Positions 1 to 12,430 of a stretch of 64,000 nucleotides of DNA are shown here, in pieces; positions within the stretch are counted from its first letter, which is position 1; each line of letters starts with the position of its first letter. Source of the stretch: Laetmonice hystrix (Eukaryota); NCBI GenBank assembly GCA_965235115.1, contig OZ249439.1:26102001-26166000 (forward strand), in the 5' to 3' direction. The position numbers were made by a program, and so were the translations under genes. Under the pieces are notes generated by a model that saw nothing but the letters and a program-made list of their open reading frames with translations, ran no database searches and was not told where the DNA came from.

Positions 1-3000
1 CGGTGTTGGTAAATTGGAGTACATTGCTACAAGACGTTTAGACAAGGACTGGCAACCTTGAGGCCAAGTGTTTGTGTCACTTCAGAGACGGAGACGTCGT
101 CCGCTCAGCATGTTATCTCGTGTACGAACCAGCTTTTCACGTCAGTCGCCTTTCCACGCAACACTATAACGACTCTTCGTTCGGCCATCGGTGCGACTTA
201 AGCCCATTTGGTCATCAAAGCTGAGCACACCATCAAGCGTAATACATTGGCTTGGAAGTAGACTCCAGGCTGATTTCTGGGACCTTCGAATTGGGTCTGA
301 TTGGTGTTGTGGGCCACTTGTCGCCACTTGGAGGACTGTTGAGCTTTTAAAGGCTGGCGGAGGTCGACAGCCTGCCATGTTGGCTGTCTTCAGCGTTCTG
401 CCATGGCAGACAGTATCCCATGGGCAAGGAGCGGGCGTTGCTGTGCCCCTCAATACGAAATCATATGAACATCTGAACTTTCACTACCATGCTTCAACTA
501 CACTCATTTTATTATGTTTCCCCTGTGTGACGTTCTTCAGCGTTCTGCTAGGGCCCTTGCACATCACCAGTCACCCCCCACCGTCAGTGGCTCCATCGTG
601 TGGCAAACCGCGACCTTGCCAGCATGTTTCCCTTGCGTGGGGTCTTTACCACAACCTAACCCCTCTGGCCATCTCCCCCACTACAAACAACTTCACAGGG
701 GGAGACACCCCCTCCCCTCCGGTGGGTTTGGTGGTCGGCGGTCAGTCGTTCGTACACTAGCCCCACCGTCTGACACAGTCTGGGCGGTCAGATCAGTTTT
801 CCCCGTCCCTGTGCCCTGTGTCAAGGAACCGTGTGTGAATCACCACTCAGACTGGGTATAAAGTGAATCAACTCGAAGCAGTACATGCCACGTCGACCCA
901 CTCCCGCTCTCCCCACTAATGACGCTCACAACTTTTCAGGGGTTACTGCACATGAGCTTGTCTTTCATCTAAATACTCTAAAAGAATCGGACGACCAGTG
1001 CCTCTGGTCAGCCTCTAAATCGTTCAATAATTTGATGGGCGCCTGGCCGTTCTGTGCCCTCCATTGAAGTTCTCCTAATCGTTTGCACACGTTTGTTTGG
1101 GTGGAATAGCTGGGAGGATTGTGTTTGTAATTGAGAGCTTACCGGAACGAGAGGACCTGGGACCTCCTCCACAACCTCTCTCAACATTTGGGTTGTGCCC
1201 TATTGCCGCCACTGTTTCCCATTATCTTTAACCTTCTGCTCCCCCACGATGTATGGGAAGGAAACAGTGATCCTGCCAACATGATTAACATGGGCGAATT
1301 CTTCCAATTTTCATTAGGATTGTAATTAATGGAAAGCATCATGGGATAGCTCTAATGAGGCAGGTATGTTTAATTGTAATAAATGGAGGGGAAATATAGG
1401 GGAGGTCAAAATCAGAGAAACAATGGGGCGAAATGTGCTAAAGCAATTGAAACGATTTCATTTCCCAAACTTTTATCACAATTCGGTTGATAAGAAGCCA
1501 CTCTACTTGCGCACACTGATCCCTTAGCCGCATGACGATGACATCACTGCATGTGCAGATCAACAAGTCGTCTCCACAAAAACCCAGATGATTTCCTTTT
1601 TTTCCAGTCAATCCAGTTGGTAAAACCCTTCCCCAGGCTGGAGATGTTATTGGCGTAACAGACAGCTCAGACAATCCCCTTTTCCTTGGCAGGCCCGCCT
1701 GCCGACACGATCTTCAGATGACGGATCTTATTGCCACGACTTAATCACAACCGTTTCTCTTTGACTGGCCGGACAACGCCGGTCCATTTGAGAATTTTAC
1801 ACGTAAGCCAAAGCCTGGTCGCATCCCTGAGCCAAATCTATGCTGTCAAACAAATTAATGGCTTGGTGGTGTTGGTTAATCGCCCACGGTAATGTTTCAC
1901 GTGGAAGTGTTGAGGCTCGGTACGGATCGCCGACAACGCCATAATTAAGCGCGGCCGATCGTCAGCCCGTGGCTGCTTGCAATATTTCCGTGTAATTTCA
2001 CCGTCCTAAGCAACACGGGGATAAATTTCGGAAGGAGAGGCATTAAAAGAGAAATCCCGATATTGTACCGGTCGGAATTAACAACCGAGTTGCTTTGGAC
2101 ACGGCTAACAACGATGGCTCATCAAGATTGTAAATGCAAATCTGATAAAGGAAGTTTGGCGTTCACTGTTGGTCCCATATACGTCATTATTCTACCCTTA
2201 AAATAGGAGGGGGGGGGGGGTGTCGGGGTGAGACTGGTAGGGATGGGGTAACTGACCCACAAGGAGTCTCCCTAACCAAGAAATTATCCAATCCATGCCC
2301 AATTGTGATGTCACATGAGCCCGGCCAACACAACAGTTTAGCTGAAACGCCGGCCATCCCCAGCACCTGCCCACAAAATTAATACCTGCCTACCCCCCCC
2401 CCTCCCCCCGATTGCTCATTATAATACTGCTGACGGCAAACTAAGCATGGGGCATTGTAGCATGTAACCTCACTGACCCTTCACTCCGCATCACCATAAG
2501 TTCGCTGGACTTGGTTGCTATGGGAACAAGGTCCGACCCTTAATTTCCTTAGGACGTGGGCCGTTTTAGCACCACGGTGAAAAAGATGAAAGCCAAAAAC
2601 TTTCTCCATGAAATACTTAATTTCCCGCAACCTGATTCAAAACTCCCCTCATGTCGATAGCAATGGGCCACTTGTGTACCTTCCAAAGATTATATGTAAA
2701 CAATGTAATTAGAACAAATATAATGTGTACATAAATATGAGTATGCAGCAGGGTTGTTCACAAAGTGCAAGTGGCCATAGAAAGATGGCTTGATTTAAAA
2801 ACAGAAAAACTGATTACTTCTACCATGAAAAACGTGGAAAATCTATGTCTATGGGTTAAAATTATTTTAATGGTCACTTAAAGGATAATTTATCCTGCTT
2901 GATAGGAAATCGACCATCCAAACCCAAGTTAACCGCTACCACGTAGAACGACATTCAAAACGTAATTAGAACTCCGAAACCAATCACTTGGCTCTTTTTC

Positions 3001-3469
3001 TGGCCGGCACATTTTCTCTAAAGTCAATCACGCCAAGCGACTCAAATATTACTGTTGTGATAAATTTTAGAATCGGAAACGACTAAAACCGAATAGATTT
3101 GAGAACATTTCCCCTCGGTATTTTCTTAGCTGTTTTGGTAATTCCGCCCGTAATTAATGAACAATTTCCCTGGTCGTAAGTGATCTGTTATCGGTCTACC
3201 ACTTGGCTCGTCGGACACCATCGGGAGGTGAGCGCTGTTAGAAGCACCCCCCACCCCTCCCGCCCGTGTCGATTGGCACCGTGTTCAGACAATCAGGTCT
3301 GCTAATAGCCAGCGATAGACACGGACCGCGTGGAGTTGGGATGGCGCGCTCCAACATTCTGGTTGGTACTCCGAGCCGCAGGCATATATCTCACACACAC
3401 GGACGTCATAGATTACGAGGGTATTATCAATGACTCGGGCGGTAAAACTCGGTCGTTTGTCGGGAGCGG

Positions 3470-3534
3470 TTAATGGATGTCGGGTTGGATGGCGCTCTCC
3501 TCCAAGGTCAGGCAGTGTGTATGGTGACAAAGCT
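3470..3534 (-). CDS. Possible next/terminal protocadherin exon (ELCHHTHCLTLEESAIQPDIH*)
   Basis: tgctttgcag acceptor; reading in phase 1 fits the preceding donor. The polypyrimidine tract is weak and resemblance to CM2 is faint. Confidence 0.15.
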
Positions 3535-3717
3535 CTGCAAAGCATTCTCCGTGGTGTGGTGTGCACCAAAAATGAAAGACATGGGGGTGGAGTGGGGGGG
3601 TTGGGGGTTTAGGGGGTGGACACAGCCCTGCTGGGGGCGTGAGGGGGGTCTACACACCAACTACACACTCACATGTGGCCATTTGATATGCATGTCATGA
3701 GACTGGAGTTGGGATGG

Positions 3718-3720
<3 letters not shown>

Positions 3721-3784
<64 letters not shown>
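3721..3784. repeat. (AG)32 microsatellite
   Basis: Direct reading. Confidence 0.98.
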
Positions 3785-3792
<8 letters not shown>

Positions 3793-4100
3793 TGTTATGG
3801 GGGGGGGGGGGCTCGGCTTGGAAGCCACGGACGGTAAGGTTAGAAGGTAAGGGGTGAAGACCCAGCCTGACCTTCCCTATCGATCTTTACGGGCAATGTA
3901 TTTAGGGCGCCCAGTACCATAGGTGTCGAACATGTTTCTCAGTTCTTCAGGGAAAGGGCAGAGGCAGGGAACCTGCGGGACCAGTGGTGGGTGGAACGGT
4001 GGGTGGGGGGTTGGTGGGTGAGTTCTCCCTCAGATCGGGGGTGTCTTATACCAGACATGGGGCACCAATGCGACAACACGTGAAACATGCGGAAGCTCAC

Positions 4101-4227
4101 CTATCTGCTCACCCTCTTCACTGGGACCTTTCCCGCTGTCGGTGACAGAGATATCGGCAGAGCAGGCACTCTCCGAGCACGAGTCCGGCTGCTGGTCTGG
4201 CTTCAGCATGTGCACCACGTGACGACA
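4101..4227 (-). CDS. Pcdh: Protocadherin cytoplasmic exon with CM1-like motif (CRHVVHMLKPDQQPDSCSESACSADISVTDSGKGPSEEGEQI)
   Basis: Acceptor ctttctgtcgttttgccag|TGT is phase 0, matching exon 1. Donor ATAG|GTGAGC at 4101/4100. The translation contains the DSGxG signature of delta-protocadherin CM1 within acidic/Ser-rich sequence. Confidence 0.75.
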
Positions 4228-4306
4228 CTGGCAAAACGACAGAAAGCACGCCATCAACAACAGTAACAGATACCAATCATTGACACCTTCAATTTGTAAA
4301 CCTTAC

Positions 4307-4357
4307 AGGGAACGGAGAAACCTGTAAATACTGTTGACTACTTGGAGAAGTTGCGAC
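4307..4357 (-). CDS. Candidate alternative micro-exon of the protocadherin (51 nt VATSPSSQQYLQVSPFP, or 15 nt VSPFP from the inner acceptor at 4321)
   Basis: Acceptors agattttgcag|G (4357) and tatttacag|G (4321) share donor CCT|GTAAGG (4307/4306). Both versions are phase 0-0 and stop-free. They leave a 79-nt intron to the CM1 exon. No transcript evidence. Confidence 0.3.
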
Positions 4358-4763
4358 CTGCAAAATCTGCCGACCATGGGGTGTAGACTGTGCAAACAAC
4401 AAGATGTGGTCATCGTTGAGGATGGCGCGACCTGCAAAAGAGGCGTCTTTGGAGATAGAAAAACCTGCAAAATGTGGTCCCCGTTCAGGATAACATGACA
4501 AGTACGAACTGGTACGACCATTGCTGGGTCGACGGAGGGATAGGTCAAATGAAATAACCCAGGGCGTCCACATCAACGATTCGGGCCCGTCGGCAGGCCA
4601 TCTGTCTTGGTAAAGCTTTGCCTGAGCAGGTGGATTTATCCTGTCACCAACGTTATAACGACCCGAGTCCAGAACGCCAGGTGCGGGTTGGGATGGGGGC
4701 CGGCCTAAAGCCAAGCATGGATAGATCCGTGTTGGCAATCCCTATCCTGCCCCATCCCAGCTT

Positions 4764-4820
<57 letters not shown>

Positions 4821-4838
4821 GAGCAGCAGCAACAACAG
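4764..4838. repeat. (CAG)18 microsatellite with degenerate CAA/CAG tail
   Basis: Direct reading. Confidence 0.97.
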
Positions 4839-6449
4839 CTGGAACTTTAATGGCACATCATCACTTCTCCAAAGGACAGGAAAATTCCCAACGGGTCAAA
4901 AACCGCAACTGGACAACCAAGATTATAATCGCACAAAATAACCGAGTTAGCATATTAACAAAACATGAGCACAATTAAAAGTTGACCTGTCTCCTTTTCA
5001 CCACTTTGATAAAAGCGTCGGAAACAGATGAGTTATTTAATCCGTCGTGCTCTCGGCACGGTTAACGCGACCTAGCCAATGTAGCTATAACGTGCACGAC
5101 TTTTTCAGATGAAACCACAACTCGTGTTAACTTCCAGAACCTGATTGCATGATTGATGTCAGAGAAATTAAAAAGAAATAAGACTTGACAATATATCATT
5201 CCAAATCACCACGGTTCAGTATAATTAGGTGGAATGCGTGTCAGAAGATCAAATTGCCGCCGAAGTCATGAACGGTGTCCCTTTCCAACAAGTTCAGTAA
5301 TTAACACTTTCACAAGAGTATGATTTGGAGACGACGAGGGGTGGGGGGTTAAACTCGGCTAGACAACTTGAGACACTGCATGATTAAAATGTCAACCTGT
5401 ATCTGTGACAGTTACATCATTTTAAAGAAGATGAAAAATGTTTACAGTAATGTTATAAAGGTGAAACTTATTTCCGGAAACAGAGCAGTACGAAATTGAG
5501 AGAGTGAAACAGAAGAGATTAACGTCACATGAAATAAAAACGTTCAAAGTAACGAAGCCGTCACAATGAAACGAATCGAAAAATGAAACCCGAAGCAAAT
5601 AATCTTCAATCTCATTTGGACGTTTCCTTTTGATTGCTCCTGCCTTTGTTCAGCCGTCGTCTATTTATCAATGAACCAGAGTCTGGACAATTCCTACTGA
5701 CCTTGTTAAACGAGATAAATAGGTTCACGTGTTTCCTCACGGATTAACAAAAAAACAATTTCACATTTGGGGGGCAGAATTAGGATTAACTTTGTCCTGT
5801 AATCCGTTACTCGAGTTCCTGAACGTGCACTTAAGGAAATCTGGCATTTTAACCAAGCTTATCTCGCATCTAATTCCCTGGCATGCTCATGCATTGTGAA
5901 CAGATTTTTGAAACCTGCATGGTTTATCAAGAAAAATAAGAGTACCCGAAATCTCCAGGGTTGTATTATGGGTTAACAGCTTTGTACGGCTCCGGTGGAG
6001 ACTGAGCTTCGAGTGAAACTGCGTAGGATTCTTTCACTGTTTTACATGATCTGATCATGTCATAATGGCCACGTTTAATTATGTCCTTGTTCTACTGTCA
6101 CGGTAGCTCAGCTTAAAGTATGATTGAAATCATGAACAAAATGTGACTATTTTACAGAATACAGTTACCTAGCCTGTGTGTAACGATCATGCAGACTTGA
6201 GTTTGCCTACTGATATTTAGAGCCCTTCTTATTGTCCGTATCAGGTAGATTACTGGTACATATAGATTATAATGCCACCCCACGACTCCACCCCGAGTCG
6301 GACAACGCCCCATCCCAATTCGAGGGAAAACTTGAGTGTCCTTTACCAGTGGAGGTAAATGATAGTAAGGTATGGCAAGGAACTCTGCGCCAGGCTACCT
6401 CTCATTTCAAGTTCAAACTTTAAGTCAGCCAGTTTTTGACGAACACATT

Positions 6450-6756
6450 TTCAGCGGACCATATTGCACTATAGAATTACACCATAAAAAGTTGCTGTTA
6501 ACTGAAGGCACTGAGCACGATGTTCAATATAATCATATTTTAAAATACGAACTTTCTAATGTTGGAGAAAACATATAAAAAGGAAAGAAAAAATAGCATC
6601 AGCGATACCACCGGAGATAAAGTGACACGGGCCTTTTGTTCACCTTTTGACTGCAATCAAATCTTCGGCTGCACCACTATCAAAGAAATCTATGCACAAT
6701 TTTCACAGCACAGCTCTGCTTACAGCCTAAAACTAAACAACAACGCAGTCCCAACA
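6450..6756 (+). mobile_element. Possible decayed THAP-domain coding remnant (DNA transposon-associated)
   Basis: Collinear across frameshifts: FSGPYCT (C-x4-C if TTC was TGC), WRKHIKRK, FCSPF, LKLNNNAVPT (THAP AVPT box). Confidence 0.33.
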
Positions 6757-9423
6757 TATGCATTGATTAATTTCAGCTCCTGTACAAATTTATGAAGGCA
6801 ATTTGTCTCAAAATACTGTTTCTCTCCTGTATATTTGCCACGATGGGCAGTATTTGCGTCAAGTAACCGACAAACTGAAAACATCCCGGCATGCATCAGG
6901 AGCGCGTCCAACATAACATCCGGTTTCGCTGCCGTCTGACGTTTACTAACTTCTCACTTATGGACAATCGATGTCAGATTGGTGTCTGCCTACTTGGTCT
7001 ATTTACCTTAGGAATCTAAGCAAAGACTCAACGTCTGCGTTTATAATCGATGGAATTCATGAGTATTGATGGCTTGATCTGTCCGCCAAAGTGACTGGTT
7101 CCAGGGTCCTTAACGACTAAGGGATCGTTTGGTGTGGGACAGATAGCCCCACCCGCCGTATCTGTATCTCCTTAGCTTTATTAAGGAGATCATTACCTTG
7201 AGGTGTTAGGTTTCAGCGCCATGTCCTGACACGAGATGTTCGTTCGCTCTAATTAGGAATCCTCATTACAACAATTGATATACGATGACAGGAGGCGCCG
7301 GTGATCAACGTTTAGTAACGATAAGGTGTGGCCGGGCCTCGACACTGGTTGACCCTCAGGCTGAAGGAGGATGGGGAGGAGAGGAATTTGTGGTGGGGAG
7401 GAGAAGAAGAAAGAAAATGAACCACATCAAACATTGATCGTGTTAAGGGCGTTCAAAGGGCGGGCACTTCTGGAAGGCGGCTGTATGGCTATCTATGTGA
7501 CGGCACTTTGCGGCTAGCATCATGGAGTAATTGCAGCCGCTGCCCGGGCCAGCGGCTGTTAATAAACGCTCAGACTTGGTGTTCTGGAGGGAGCTCTCTG
7601 GGTGCCCTCCAAAAGTCCTCCACTTGATGGCATGACCTTTATTACAACTAATTGCCATCGGGACGACAGCAGACCTGTAGACATACTACAAAAAGACGTA
7701 CGGTCACTCAGGCTTGTACACATACTCACATCCCAGGTCGGGTTTGACTTACGGACCCTTTGAACAAATATCGTGATAGATCAAAAGGGCTGGATGGGTT
7801 AGGGGGTTGAGAGGTTTTGGGCAGGGAGTTAAGAATGTGCACGTTGTGGGTACATCTGCCTACGCGCTTAGAGTCACTCGGTAGGCCTGCGTTGTTAGCC
7901 GCCCTGTGCCCTTTCTCCTACACGACCCCATTCAGAGCTACTCCCATGGATGCCCCGCCGTATGATGGAAGCCGAATAAAAAATGAATGAGAGCGAGAGC
8001 ATTAAGTCGGATTGGGCCAGCGAGGCGCCACTGCGGAGTGCGGGTGGCCGGAGCATATGACGAGGGCAGCAAGTTTCTGTTGCAGATAGCAGAGACAAGC
8101 CATCACTGGCCGTGGGGGTGGGGAGGGGAGGGGGGTGGAAGAGCGGGAGGGGGTGGAAGAGCGGGAGGGGGGGATCGAGACTGGCACCTTAAGTGCTCCG
8201 AGCTGCCCTCTCCCTTGCCGACCTCGAGCCCCGCCAACCACCTGGCCTTGCCTTCTTCCTCATCAACCGCCTCTTTGGGGTTGCTTTGAAAAGATCCCCT
8301 CGGAAACTCGACACAGCTCAGTGTCCGTACACATTAGCTTTGCCGCGGTGGTTCGGTCAGGAGGGGAGTTTGTGGGCGGGCCGCACGTGGGCCACTCGCC
8401 GCTCGACAGTCGCCCCCACCGCCCCAGCTACTGTTGCACCCTTAATGTTTTCCTTGGCCATTATGTCACAAGGGAAGGCCAATTTTAATGCCCCGTGACT
8501 ACGCAAAGTGGGGTCATCCTCCCCCCGACTACATGGATTATTCTTGGCTTGCGGGCATGAGCTGCGCAACGAGTACATACACGTCGTGAACACACGGTAA
8601 CACATCCATTCTTCTGCTGTCATTATACGATCCGTTTCTCTAGTTTTTCAAAATTCCTTCTCATTCCAAAAAGTATCCCCCGTTCCGCTGGCAGAGTGCC
8701 TGAAAAGTCTGATACTCGAGATTGCGAAAGCAAAATACACAATGTGTTTGTCCAAATTTGAGGCTTACCTAATCGATCGCCTTTATGTGACAGTCTCCCA
8801 GTAAAACAAAACCAGCCTTGTGATGGATGTGCTTGGTAAAAGCTTTTATTTTGCATAAAGCAGGAACCTGCTACTGCAACAATGTGTTCTTGCTGGCATT
8901 CAATGACTTTACAAGTTTTGCTTTCACTTGAGTTCGTAAACAATGGTTTGTTTCAGGCGGCGCACAAACATGGCTGTCCTAAAATAATGTATGGGTCGAT
9001 GCCTATACCGATACTTACTATCAAAGAGAAACAAGAGAAGGAGCACAAACAATACAAAATTTCTATACAGGTTATAAATAGAAACCCAGGATCCAACGGA
9101 TGCTAATAATCCCCTTCTGTATATAACAATAAAGTCATATATTAATATCTATGCATATAATTATGTAGATTATACACGTCACTGGTTATTTACGTCACAA
9201 GTTATCACGTCACAGGTCACATACCATGACGTAGAGGACGTCAATCAACATTTTCTACCGTCATACAACGGTATGTGCAAGATGTGCACGATGGTTAGTT
9301 AGTAATGATTCACAAAGTCTCAGCTCCTGGGCACGGGGCGTGATCAATAACAATACCTAAGGCCTCTTCAAAGTAACGACTCCTACGGCCTTGTCTTTAA
9401 CGTTACCTGCAGTAAATACTCAC

Positions 9424-9601
9424 GTTCCATTTTCTGGTTCTCCATTATCTACACGAGGACAAGTTTTAATTCTCTCAAACTTTCCTCCAACATTACAACC
9501 TCGGTACATTCCTCTTCAATGGATTTTAGATCACACATGTTCAACATCAGCTTCTTCACATGAGGAAAACTTCCAGTGGAGATAGTTCCAGCAACATGGG
9601 A
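9424..9601 (-). pseudogene. Isolated decayed leucine-rich-repeat (RI/NLR-like) exon
   Basis: Acceptor ttattcttttgtcag and donor AAC|GTGAGT bracket 178 nt encoding FPHVKKLMLNMCDLKSI...SLREL. Removing one A gives SLRELNLSSCR. The LRR starts are 27 aa apart, and a frameshift and a stop are present. Confidence 0.3.
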
Positions 9602-10656
9602 CTGACAAAAGAATAACTCATTTGGTTAGATGGCGTTCTATGTTAGTGAGAAGGCCAACATCCTCAGAAACCTTAATTAGAATGTGTTATTCAATCCTCG
9701 GTACTTCATTCGCCCTCCCTTCTAAGTAGTATACGGCGAGTGGCATTATTGTCTGAGTAGTATTTGGAAAGTGGACTTATTTAACGTCTAAAAGGTACCA
9801 TTCGGAATCAGGGGCTCGCGTAATGGGAGGGGTGTCAGTTTGCAAGTATAGTATCCTTTTATAGCTTGCTAGTATTCGCTGTCTTTATAATATATAAAAT
9901 GGAAGACAATAGAAAAATGAAATGAGAACCAGCACAGAGAGGTATGCTTATCATCTGCCTCTACAAATAGAATAAGGAGGAGCAATAATTTAATAGGTGA
10001 TGCATTACAGGGACATATTGAAATATATGGTTAACAAATGTCAGGCATTGACTAATTATCCAATATTTCTACTAATCCACTTAAAGCAACGCGGGGAAAA
10101 CAATACTAGATACACGGGCCGTTGTGATGATCCCTAAATACGAGTTCTACAATAAAAATAAACAAATGTATACATGAATGTCTTTAGTACAAAAAACATT
10201 TCTGTCAGATGATGGTTAAAAAACGGATGTTTGGGTGTGGCGTCATGTGGCGCCTATGGCGTCCTGGTGTGGAGAAGGCGCCGGGTGGTGTGGATAGAGC
10301 CAGGGGCGAGCATGCTGGGTGAACACAAGAAGGCCATCAGTTTGGTGTCAGTCTTCACAGTCTCATGTCAGGACTATCTCTCTGACAGATAACGTCCTAT
10401 AGCAACAGGTCCGTGATGTCGATACGAACCCTACCCGTCAATAAAACACGGTCCACCAAAAAAAAAACCCGACCCACTCCACCCCAACACACCATCGACA
10501 TGTGTTCCAATAACTTTCATCTCTGCGACAGGAAGGTCCCAACTAATTCCTGACAGAATACATTTTGTGGGTCGGACACGTGGGTATCGGCAGGTGTAAG
10601 CTTCTTACATTATTACGAGCTGGAGTTGGTGTTGTAGGATTTATAATCGATGTACC

Positions 10657-10695
10657 CCACCACCACCACCACCACCACCACCACCACCACCACCA
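10657..10695. repeat. (CCA)13 microsatellite
   Basis: Direct reading. Confidence 0.95.
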
Positions 10696-12198
10696 CATCT
10701 GACTGGGGACGGGCGCCTCCACCTGTCTGCACGGACACGATTTATGGCCACCCCCTCGCTAGCCACGATATATAGGCCTGGGCCATGATTTAGGCAGGCT
10801 GCTGGCCGGCCCGTATGGAGCGTGTAATATAGCCGTGATATTACTACCAAGGTAATTTGTTGTGATCATTTCATGGATGTTCCTCGCGTCATTTATTAAC
10901 TGGCCCACCGGTATCTTTAGGATAGTATTAGGATCCCAACAGAACCACCTCAGCAGCTGGTCAAAGTGTCGAACTACGTGTAATTTGTTTCACATCTGTA
11001 GGCCTAATAGAGGCATAATATAAGATAAACCTCGGATTTCAAGATTCGGAGGCAAGATAAAGTTATTTCCTCGATCAGTAGCTCTATATTCAGCATCTCG
11101 TTGCAACACGTTGGATTGGGTTCATCTTCTGTAAAAGTACAAATCCAATACAGACCCGAGCGCTGAATAAACAAATGGTTTGCTACGAGAGAGTTAAGTA
11201 TTCCCTAAGGCGCCCTGTCGTGGAGCTAAGAAGGTTGAATCCGTTTAGAGAAAACGTGTGGAGTTCAATAGATCACGAAGACCTCAACATCTGCTCTGTT
11301 TACTGTACCTACTTCCTCCTTTCGTGACCTACTTTCTGCTTCCTTTCCACCCTGGATTCACCGAGACAGTCACTTCTCAATTTAGGCAGCAGTGTCTCTA
11401 TTCCGCGGGGACTTAAGACGTTGTTATGATATTAAATGTCTGTAACATAATACAGGGGGTTGTTTTTTCGGCTGACATAAACACCGGCAATTCAAGGCCA
11501 ATTTTCTCATCAACATCATGCGTTACAGGAAGCTCAATTTACTTGACTAGTACAGTCAGACATCGCAGCTTTCTTGGGAAGCTTCAAAATACATAGCGAC
11601 ACTGTATTAGCATGCCCCATGGGTGTGTCGTGCATGTCTTGTGGCGACATCGAAATAATGCGATTTTGCGGCATCTTTAATAAGTTAAGGTTATAGTAGT
11701 GCACAGCAGGATCGCTTCCCTCATAGGTCAGAGGGATGGGATGCCGGGAGGGACTGGGAGGAGGGGGTGGGAGTGAAGGAGGTGCTCCTCCCTACTCGTC
11801 AGTTATTCTGTTCTGCCATATTAAACCCACCGGCCTAGAGGAAGGGGGGTGGTGCGCCACGCCCTGGAGTAGAAATCCCTCCAGACAGCCTTGTTATTCC
11901 CATAGCCATATAAACACATGGCTCCCTGGGAGTGTCCCCGCGATGGCTGGGTGGGCTTGCTAACATTGTCAGTCTGCCCGCAACCCTGCTCGACCTCGGC
12001 ATCAACTAGGATGTCGTAATACTGGATCAACCATGCTTAATGATGAATCCTATTGTGGTAAACAGCCTTACACCACCGGCCTGGCGGTGGTAAGGGGAGG
12101 GTGGGGGGGGCAGTGGACGTGCATTCTGAGCCCGCTAAATCTTCTTGCTGGAGCCATGATGGGAGTTAGACCACAGAGGGAGGAGAGGAGGAGGGGGC

Positions 12199-12234
12199 GG
12201 AGGAGGAGGAGGAGGAGGAGGAGGAGGAGGAGGA
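12199..12234. repeat. (GGA)12 microsatellite
   Basis: Direct reading. Confidence 0.95.
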
Positions 12235-12378
12235 CATAGAAGGAGGAACGAAGGACGCCACTCTCGGCGATGACCTGCCTGTCTCCCTCATCCGGTCGAC
12301 ATCACTCTATCTGGTCCGGGTACACCAGGCGTCTCACAACATGTCACAGGATGACGTGCCTGCCTGCAAGGTGTGAAA

Positions 12379-12430
12379 GGGGGTGGGGTATGGGGGTGGG
12401 GTACGGGGGTGGGGTATGGGGGTGGGGGTT
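12379..12430 (+). repeat. 13-bp G-rich tandem repeat (gggggtggggtay) x4, G-quadruplex-prone
   Basis: Eight G-tracts of 4-5 G separated by 1-3 nt loops. Confidence 0.9.

Noticed and set aside
142-760. ORFs at the left edge, including GHSNARS on the minus strand, as the last protocadherin exon
   Set aside because: No canonical YAG acceptor in the right phase and no CM2 cysteine/tryptophan pattern.
2878-2900. TTAAAGG as a Kolobok-type MITE end
   Set aside because: No matching inverted terminus found nearby.
4500-4560. Plus-strand YDHCWV resembling CM2 (HSDxCWM)
   Set aside because: Wrong strand for the gene and terminated by TAA.
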